From the sequence record PX246731.1: a DNA stretch of 64,000 nt; one strand, written 5' to 3'. The notes under the pieces were generated by a model that saw only the letters and a program-made list of their open reading frames with translations, did not search any database and was not told where the DNA came from. This DNA comes from a phage. This document shows positions 27,440 to 37,400 of this stretch, in pieces; the stretch's first letter is position 1, and every line of letters starts with the position of its first letter. The position numbers and the translations under genes are program-made.

Positions 27440-27514
27440 AGCAGTGCTACTTTGAATTAGAAGAATTATGGCGGGTCTGGTGAAGTAGATGGGGTTCGAT
27501 TCCCTCCGGTGGGT
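27440..27514 (+). tRNA. tRNA-like element 3 (T-arm/acceptor-like 3' half; uncertain)
   Basis: ggggttcgattccctc T-arm-like motif at 27491-27506 followed by cggtggg; no convincing 5' acceptor strand found by hand. Confidence 0.3.
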
Positions 27515-27581
27515 AAAACCACTAGCGTGCTTGGTGCACGAATAAGACTTAATACTGGTGGTTCGATTCCATCCCCCGTTA
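27509..27581 (+). tRNA. tRNA-like element 4 (uncertain)
   Basis: T-arm ggtgg-ttcgatt-ccatc (27557-73), 3' acceptor-like ccccgtt (27574-80); partial 5' complement ggtgggt at 27509-15 (73-nt span). Candidate anticodon hairpin at 27525-41 with UGG in a 7-nt loop. No encoded CCA. Confidence 0.35.
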
Positions 27582-27890
27582 TTTGAAGTCGCCAGGTACT
27601 TATGGCAAACGGGTAGTAACGAACTAGTCATTCGTCAAACGCCCACCTTATTATGAGTCAGCAAGAACGCCTTCACTTAAACTTAAACAAAAAAAAGCTT
27701 AACGCAATAATTATGTAGGGGTATGTAAGGATTGCGAAGAAGGAGCCAGTTAAAGCCTGGCATGACTCAACTTATTAATAGAGAACATAGTCCTGATTGC
27801 ATTGCACTCTAAAGACAATGCCGGTGAGACAGTCCGGCACTCTAATTATTGTAAACATACAAGACTCGTTAGCTGCGTTAAAGCTACTAA

Positions 27891-27918
27891 GTCCCTCTTC
27901 GGAGGGACTTTTTTATTT
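27891..27918 (+). terminator. Rho-independent terminator
   Basis: Stem gtccctc(27891-97)/gagggac(27902-08) with 4-nt loop, followed by ttttttattt. Confidence 0.7.
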
Positions 27919-27978
27919 GAGTATTAATAAGCGCAACCATGTTTAAGTACAAATTCAAACCACTCTATGAGGCTAATA

Positions 27979-28359
27979 ATGGCAACAGTAAGTAAAGAAG
28001 CAATCGAATCTAAGATTAAGAGCGTTTACTATTTCAATGAAGCTGATGCAGTGAAGTCTGCATTCGTTGACCCATCCGCACTTCCAGCAGATGATTTGAC
28101 TAACCTGGGTCTGACAACCCATTGCATTATCATCTTGGAAAATGGCTTCAAAGTTGAAGGTGTCTCTGCCTGTGTAGACCCGGCTATCTATGATGAGCAA
28201 AAGGGTCGTCAGTATGCATATGAAAATGCATTCAATAAGATTTGGGAATTAGAGGGTTACCTGCTACGTCAGGCACTGCATGAGAAAGAAGAGACTGCTA
28301 AGGCTCTGGCTTCCTTTGCAGAAAACAATACCTGTGATGGTGGTGGTTGTACAATCTGA
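27979..28359 (+). CDS. hypothetical protein
   Basis: ATG 27979 with gagg RBS (ORF track 27967); C-terminal CDGGGC; isolated plus-strand gene between the tRNA region and the late block. Confidence 0.45.
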   Translation: MATVSKEAIESKIKSVYYFNEADAVKSAFVDPSALPADDLTNLGLTTHCIIILENGFKVEGVSACVDPAIYDEQKGRQYAYENAFNKIWELEGYLLRQALHEKEETAKALASFAENNTCDGGGCTI

Positions 28360-28440
28360 TCCAAAGGAGTAAGGTAGTTTTTACCGAAAGGTACTGAACT
28401 ACCCGACAAGTAGCAAGGCTCATGAAGCCAGTAAAATAAA

Positions 28441-28469
28441 AGCCCCTCTAATGAAGGGCTTTTTCATTT
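28441..28469. terminator. Bidirectional terminator hairpin between convergent genes
   Basis: Stem agcccct(28441-47)/agggct(28455-60) flanked by A-runs upstream and T-runs downstream; sits at the 3' ends of the plus-strand gene 27979..28359 and the minus-strand vRNAP gene. Confidence 0.6.
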
Positions 28470-31400
28470 AGTTAGTGAGGTTGAGCCATGGGTTCAGGGT
28501 ATGGGCACGTAAACCTTGTCCGAAACCGAAGGAGTAACCGAGATTACCCTGTGCAGCAATGCTAAAGATGTTGTCCTGAATAGGTAAACCAACGTTACCA
28601 AACATGGTAGGAGTTGGTGCTAACATAGCCATAGCAGCATGTACCGGGTTATTACGAATCATGGACACTGCAACTTTTGCAGAACGAATCTTAAAGTTGT
28701 AGAACCACATTAAACCAACACTTTCCATATATCCACGGAAGCGTCCTGGTAAACGGTCATAGTTAATGAACTCTTCCGTTACACGTCCTAGTGCTTCTTC
28801 ACGAGTCTTACCCTTACGCTGAGTCAGTTCATCATAAATGATTGCTTTAGCGATAAAGTCAGAGTACTCAACTGTCTTCTGAATACCCTGGAACAGAGCA
28901 GTATCCTTAGTGATAAGTGCATAACGACCAGCGTTACGTACAGACTTAGGCAGCTTATCAGCCAGCTTATCCATGTATTCGTGAAGTTTACCTTCAGTAA
29001 TCAGAATGTCATCACGCCCGATACCAGCATCTGCAATTGAAGAGAACTCTCCAGCTTCCAACAGAGGCCAGATACTCAAACGTTTATGGCTATCAGAGAT
29101 GGACTGAATCTCAGCCTTAAGTTTACGAATCTGGTTCGGGTTAGTAGCTGCACGTAATTCTGCTTCTGCATCTACCTGACGCAGACGAGATTTCAAGTAC
29201 TGGTTAATCTCAGCAGTTTTCTGTGGAATGCTCTTAGCAATATTCTTAACAGGTACACCACGAGCAACCATCTGGTAAAGGTTAGCCAGGAAGTTAACAG
29301 CAGGTACGACTACTGACTTAACTACAATCAGAGTCTTAGCTTCTTTAACTAAGTTCTGAACCAGGTTCTCACCACCCATTACGTACTTATAGGCACGGTT
29401 ACCAAATACACCCAGCATAGCTTTCTTGAAGGTATCCAGTGTTTCTGGGGACCAACGAGAATTACCAGACCAGGCATCACCAACAGAAGCTGCACGATAA
29501 CCAAGAGCATCATTCAGCATGTCACGACGTACCCACAATTCACCAGGACCAAACAGACTTTCTGCTTTCTGACGTGTTTCGCTGTTCATCAGTTTAAGAG
29601 CATCAGCAGTTACTGGGTCCAGTTTAGAACCAAGAAGGTTAACGTACTGGGACTTATTAGAGGCAGACATCTTAATGTCGTTCTCATACATGCTATGCAG
29701 GTTCTCAATCAGCATATCGTTGAAACGCTGAGCCTTAGCCTCTTCTACCTGACGTCCACGCCATACACCGATTGCACGAGCAAGATGGTTCTCACCTTCA
29801 ATATGCTTCAGCATGTTAGGGTCAATAGATTGCTCGTAAGCAACCACATTGCCATTGGCATCATATACAGGCAGCAGGGGTTCATTACCACGTTCACCAC
29901 GAGCCAGTGCTTTAGTGATACGGTCTACGGAAGGCTTGTCAGTAATACGACCAGCTACCATGGTTCCCATCGTAAAGCCTGTACCTAGGTCTACACCACC
30001 AGCAGTATTACGAACGTTCTGCAGGATACCCTGTGAGAATGGAGCCTGTGCCTGTACTGGTGCAAAGTAGTAGCTACGAGCAGAACCACGATTAGCAGAG
30101 CTACCCTGATACGTACCCAGTCGTACATAGGATTTCTCAATCAAATCAGCAAACTGACTATCTTCAGCAACAATCAGGTTAACGCCCTGTTTAGTTTCAC
30201 CAGGAATATACCCTTTGTACTGGTTCAGGGTTGCACGGCTATCAGACTTGGCTTTAGCCATTTCATCTTTACGCTGACCAACCAGGTAAGAAGTAGCAAA
30301 GTCCATGCCTTCAATTTCTGTCTGAGCCAGCGAAGATAACATCTCACGGTCAATCTTATTCATTGCTTCCAGTGCATATAGGGTAATGAGTTTATCCAGC
30401 TGAGCTACATCAACAACAGAACGTGTAGTCTTACGTTCACCAAGCAAGCGAGAAATTGCAGTAGCATTACGCAGTAGGTTATTACCAACTGTACCATTAA
30501 TCATGTACTGAGCCAGTTGCTTAGATTTACGATTAATCAGAGGCCAGTTACGCCCTGCTTGTTTCTGCAAATCTGCTTCCAGTTTATTAACCTCACGGTC
30601 AACAATCTTCTGGTCAGTCAGCAGGTCACGGATTTCATCCAGAGACATAGTGTCACGTAGAACAGCTAAGTCAGTTTTACCCATACCGGTATGCATTGCT
30701 TTCCACTCATCGTTGGTCAGCTTACGGCTGAACTTAGCTGCGATAGTGGTAGGCAAGTGTTCACGGAACTGTTGACGGTCAGCCTGTACCTGTGCACGTA
30801 CTGCTTTAATCAAATCATACACAGAAGCATTGCTCTTAGTACGTCCGATTATGTCATTAACCAGGTCATGGAAAGGTTGCCATACTTTACCCTGATTCAT
30901 TGCAGCCATAACACCCTCAGCTACGATTGAACCATTCTTCTCTGTAGCAATAGCAGCTACCAGTTGTGCAGCATGAGCAGCACCTTTAACCAGTGGGTTC
31001 TTGGTATTAGCTGCAACTTCACGAGCACCTTCCAGAGCACGGGTAGACAGTACATCAATAGAGTCCACCAGATACTGGTTAGCACGGTCAATAGCATTAC
31101 CAGTAGGAGTAGCAACGGAATCATAGAAGGACTCTGCATTAAGACTGGTCTGCATGATTGTCTGAGCCAGTGCATCCATACCTTCCTGTACGTTAGTGGC
31201 TTTAGTATCACCTGCTACACGAGCATTCAGACTAGCCATTGCAGCAGTACCGATGTTAGTCAGCATTGCATCAACAGTATTGCCTGACTTCTTATCCGCT
31301 TTCATAACAGGAATATCAGCCAGTACCTTACGTACCTCTTCACTTACCATTGCCAGACCTACAAAGGTAGGCAGCAAGGAAGAACGACCCTGTGCATCAA

Positions 31401-34400
31401 ACTCAATATTGTTAGCACCCATGATGGTATCGAACTTCTGCTGTGCATAGTAACGGTCAGCAGGGTTAGTACTATCCGGGTCAGCCATGAACGCTTCAAC
31501 AGTCAAGTTCTTAGTAACGTGTGTGTAGTATTCCTGTGCACGAGCCATAGCAGCAGGATTAATAGCAGCCTCGGTAGCCAGTGCAGCAACAATGTTAGTA
31601 AAGAGACGCTGTTCCTGCATATTCATGGTGAAGCCATGAGCCTGAACATCACGGGTTACTTTAGTTGCATTCACTACTGCATCAGAGAACTTACCTTTAC
31701 GAATTACTTGCTGTACTGGTTCTGAACCAATGTAGTTAGTAATTAGCTTATCGAAGGTTTTCCCTAACTCTTCCAGACGAGTATTGTCACCATATGCTTT
31801 GTTATGGAACAGGGTAGTGTCCTTAGCTACAGCAGCAGTAGGAGCTTGCCCACGCATTACTACAGCAGAGTTAAACAGTAAGCCAGAGAACATATCATCT
31901 GCATTAGCTGGAGCTTTCTTACGACCAAATACCAGACGTTTGATTGCTTCGTATACAGCCTGAACCATAGTTTTAAGTGCAGTGGTTTTCTTCTGCTTAC
32001 TAATCAGTTCTCGGTTGGTTAAACCCCAAGCCATGTACTCGTTCAGTGCAGCAGCTTTAGCCATTGCTGGTTCAATGAAGCCATTAGACAAGTGACCATT
32101 AATGGTATTAAGTGCATCAGCATATGCTTCACGTACTGCCGGAGATTCATCATTAACATCCAGAGCACGGAACTGGTTCATCAGGTCTTCAATATTCTGG
32201 ACAGCTTCATTAGGAGTACCTTCGTAGTGAGCCAGTACAGATTCAAAAGTAGAAGCATGTACCAATTCATGAACCAGAGTCTCTAATGAAGGAGTAACTA
32301 AGTAGATGGTCTTATCTTCAAAGTTAGTCCAGCCATATGCATTACCTGCTTCAGCAGCCTCAATATCTTCTGGTGCTGGGCGAGTAATATTCTTCTCAAT
32401 AGCATAGGCATCCAGTTGAGAAGGTGTACCATAAACAACCTTATAGTCTTTAGCAGCAAGGGATTTCTGTATTTCTTTCAATACTTCTTGCTGTTCAGGA
32501 GACATCTCTTTAGCCAATTTAGTAATAGCAGTATTAGACAGCAGACGTACACCAGATTTCAGTACACGACCAACTTGTTCCATTGCTGGTACTTCTTTCA
32601 CTGGTTCTGCTTTAGCAGCACGTACTGCATCACGACGCTTGTTTAATTCAGCATCAAACAGTTCGTTCAGCTTAGCTACTTGCTGGTCTACAGTAAGCCC
32701 TTCCAGAGAGATTTTACCGTTGTTCACATAAGGAGCACCAACAGCAGCCATCTGGTCAACAGTGACTTGTACCTGGTCCATTACCTTGTGACGAATATCT
32801 ACACCCAGGGCAATGTTACGCAGATTACGCTCAATCAATGCAATACCAGAATCCTTAATCATAGAAATTTTATAATCTCTATCACCATCTACTCTGGCAA
32901 TATGAGTACGTTGCTCAAAGTCTAAAGCAGACTTTGCAATAGCATCTATTGCTGAATCGGACAGCTTATTTAAATCAACATTCTTAACAAACTTAGAGAA
33001 AGACTCATAAACATTCTTGATAGGGTTACCCTGCCAGGAAGTGTATACAGCCTCATTAGCTTTACGGCTTGCATCAGTAATGTCATTGATACCAATGTTC
33101 ATACCATCAAAGATTTTAAGGGTATTCTTCGGAGCACCCTTCATAGTAGAAAGAGTCTGCATCATCATGCCATCACCAGTACCAATGGTCATAAATGGAA
33201 TACCTGCAACACCTGCTTGTGAAGGAGCATAGATGCTCATTGGCACACGCATACGGTCATCTAAGTTGGTAGCCAATACTTGGTTAGCAACATCAGTATT
33301 CTCGCTGCCAGCAATGTAGAAAGTCTGGGAACCAGTCTCAATCATTGGAGCCAGTGGTGCTAAACTATTCTGAATTTCATTCAGTTCTTTCTGTGTTAAG
33401 AAATCACCCTTCTTCCATGTTGGGTCTTTTTCTTTTTCTGCCAGTTTAGCCTGTACTGCCTGTTGGAACATATCCTGCAATACCAGAGATTGAATCTGAG
33501 TAGCCTTCTGCAAGTTCTCCGTAGATTGCATTAACCCATCGCCAACAGTGAATCGGATACCTTGTCTCATTGGCTCAACAAAGAAGTGCAGCATATTCTC
33601 TTGTAAGTTCTTAAGAGCATCTCCGGATACGGTAAACTCCTGGGGGTCTAACTTACCAGTCAGAACACCATCTACTTCTTTAATGAATAACTTACCTTTA
33701 CGCTTAGCTGGAATATTACCAGTCAATGCTTTCATAGAAGTAAGGAAGGTATCCAGCATAGCCTGAGCATCAGCCTCAGAAGCAGCCTCCTTACCAAACA
33801 TCGCCATAGCTGGGGAAATGTTAGGGTCAACAGCACGGGCTTTCAGAACGTCGCTTAGACGCTCATAGATGGTATCAGTAATTGCACTTACCATCTTGCC
33901 TGCAATACCACGAGCACCAGAACCATAAATGGTAATAGTCAGTGGGTTTTTAGCGATACCACGCTTCAGGTCCAGAGTACCATCTTCATTAAGATTGAAG
34001 TCTTTGATGAACAGGTCCATTAACTTCTGGAGATGGTCCATCTGGTTTATAACAGGAATATTTTTACTATAAGCATTGCGTAATTCATTTAGATAGAATT
34101 GCAGACTATTAGTAGATGCTTCATACAGGTCAACACTGTCTTCCTGAGTATGATGCTCATTCATGGTCTTACCGGCTTTACCGAAGAACAAACCACCTTT
34201 GGCAGTATTCTTAATCCAGTTTGGAGTGAACTTACCACCGGTCATTAATACCATTGCGTTGATTGGACCGTTGGTTACACCATCGGCTTCAACGTACAGT
34301 GGGGTATTAAAGTTGGCACGGTCATCACTGTTAAGGTAACGGGCATATTCCATAAGAGCCATAAGAGCTACAAAGGATTTATCATTACCCAAAGAGGTCG

Positions 34401-37400
34401 TCAGAATATTCACTGCATCGGTAGGTAAGTATCCAGACTTATCAAACTCAACCATCATATCTACAGCAGGTTTCAGCTTACCTTCCAGAGCTTTGGTAAG
34501 TTCCTCTGACATAGTTTCACGAGTCATTTTATGAACTTTGATACCCAATGCCTGAGCCAGTCCAAGCTGGAAGCCTGAGAAGTCTTCATTGTTCTGGTTC
34601 GATAAATCCAGAGTAGCTTTGGTAGGTAAGATAGCCTCACGAACTAGCTTAGCTGATTGAGGGTTATATTTACCTAACATCTGCATACGACCAACACGGG
34701 TCATATTGTAAGCATAGTGAATAGGTACAGAAGAAATGTCTTCACTCTGTGCTCTTACCTGTTCAATAACAGAGAACAATTGGTTGTAAGAATCCTCTAC
34801 TGAACGGTTTTTACCTTCCAGAGATTTAGCATGGTTCTTATTAAGTAAATCCTTATCCAGAGTACCAGCACCCATCAATTCGAGAATACGGTCTTTACCT
34901 AAAGCCTCATAGAACTGAACCATTGGGGTATGCACAAAGAACTCTGTAGCCTGCTCTGCTTTAAGGGCAGCTTTCTGTTCCGGAGTATTACGGACAGCAG
35001 GGTTACGTAACTGAGTATGAGCCACGGGAGGAATGTCATCACCGAAATACAGTTTCTCTACTGGTTCTACGAGGACAGCTTCCTCGATAGCAGTAGGGAA
35101 TTTGTTAATAGCGTCGGTATCATCCAGCTTCTCAATGGTATACAGACCAATAGTCTTATTGGATTCTGGGTCAATTTCAGACACATCCAGCATGGACTCT
35201 TTAACTTCACCCATTTCAATAAGGGAAGACAGAATCTCTGTAGCCATTGCCATCGGGATACCTTTGGTATAACCAAGTGGTGCATCAGCATTACGATTAA
35301 GTCCCCAGTAAGATTCAATCTTTTGAGCCAGTGAGTTAGTAGCTTCTACTAAGGTTTGTGCATTCTCAAATTCTGCGAGGATACCTTCTGGTAACAAGGA
35401 AGCATTTACACCAGTAATTGCAGCCACATCCTGCATGTCTTTAATAGCAGCATTCTGTGTAGCAGTAAGTCGCCATTGCAGACCAGCAAGTACAGCAGTC
35501 TCTAACAACTGGTCATTGAACTTAAAGGTGTCTCCGTCTTTCTCTACGATATTAAGTAACTTACCACCTACCCAACGGTTAGCTTCAGTACCTTCTGCAA
35601 AACGTTTACCAACGTTCTTGTTAGCAAGGAATTTAGCCAGACGGTCAGACAAAGTAGTCTTCAGAGTTTCACCAAACTCAAATAAGTCCTGGTAACGCTT
35701 AATCACATCACTTGTGAGAGCGTTATTTTCTTTTTGAGTAAATGCTTCAAAACGAGCAGCAGAAGACAGTGCTTTCTTAACATCAGTTAAAGGAGATTCA
35801 GAACCAATGGTACGGGACTTAGGTTCTTCTGGCAGACTAAATGCTTTAAGGAACTGGTTCGGTGTCTTTTCATTGTTATAGACAGGGAACACTGCTTCCA
35901 TTCCCGATAGAGGTTTACCACCAACAGTATAGTCTGCTTTCAGTTGAGCCAGTGATACTTCTTCTTTCTCAACATTATTGGTATTAAGCCCAGATGTATC
36001 TACACCAATCTGAATCAGTGCATTGTTTGCTTCTACGAATGATTGAACAGTATTGAATTGTTCAGCAGTTAGCTTCTGATTATCAAACAATTGCAGAGAT
36101 ACGAACGGTTGCTCACTACCTTTATAGAAAGTAGAACGTACAGCACCAGTATCCAGAGACATGTCACGATAACCATCATGACCAAATACGTCAGACAGAC
36201 TGATATGGTCGCCATTGGAACCAACAACAGTACCATCAGCGAATAGCCATGGACTATCTCTACGGTCACCATACTTATTAAGAGTATCTTGTGAAATAGT
36301 ATTCTCTTTCACATAAGAATCTCTTTCAGATTCAGTAGGCTGTTCAACGATATCCTGTTTTTCAGACTGGTTCTCAGGTTCTTTTACGGTTTGTGGTTTA
36401 GACTCTTTAATAGTAGGTTCTGTTTTAACAGCTTCACTAACAGAGGGTTTAGTCTGTACAGTAGGGGTAACTGGTTCCTGTTTTATAACAGGAGCTTCAT
36501 CAACCTGATTCACTGGTTCATTGGTCTGTTGGGATTGAGCAGCATCAAGATTGCCCTGACGGAACTCTTTAACTACCTGGGCAGCAGGTTTGTCCAGACG
36601 TGAATCCAATGGGGTAACTTTCACATGAGAAACATTAAGCTCCGGGTAAGCCGTAGCAAGTGCGTTAGCAATATCAGCTACGGTCTTGGCTTCCAGTCCT
36701 ACTTGCTGGGCAAACTTAACAGACTTGGTATCATACGGATTGACACCGAGGCCAGTACGACTACGTACCCATTCACGCGAGGGAGTAAGAGCCTGATAAT
36801 GGACAGACTTATTCTTATCCGCATTCCCAGAAATCAAATGCTCATTCAATGCTCCGACCTTATTCTGCATGTGCTGGGCGAACTTCATAAAGTCGTCGAG
36901 ATAAGCGGAAGCCAAATCGAAGTTACCAGAGTTGTACGCAGAACGAATGCGTTTAGCATGTTGCAACGCAGAGTACTGGCCTTCATTAGAACGAGATTCG
37001 TCGGTTTTAATCTGTTTACTAACAATGTCTTGAGGACGTAAGCCTAGTTCTTCTGCTTTAGCGTCAAATTCTCGTGCTCCTTGCAATAAAGCAGCAGCAG
37101 ATTGCAGGGCAGCACGCTGACGATTACCCAGTGTAATCTTACCTTCACTTGCATGTTTCAGAACCATGTTCACTGAATCCGCATCCAGCACTTCTGGAGA
37201 CATATCAGCAGCCATAGCAATGTTGTTTGCCTGAGCTTGGTTAGCTTTTTCAGTAGCTTTCAGTTTACCTGCTTCAGCCTGTTCCTGAATCATAGAATGG
37301 ATGGCACGGAATGCACGGAGTACCTTCGGTGTATTCTGAACATTAGCCATCAGGCCAGAGAATTGGTCAACAATATTAGCAGCAGGAGAACCCTGTTCCA

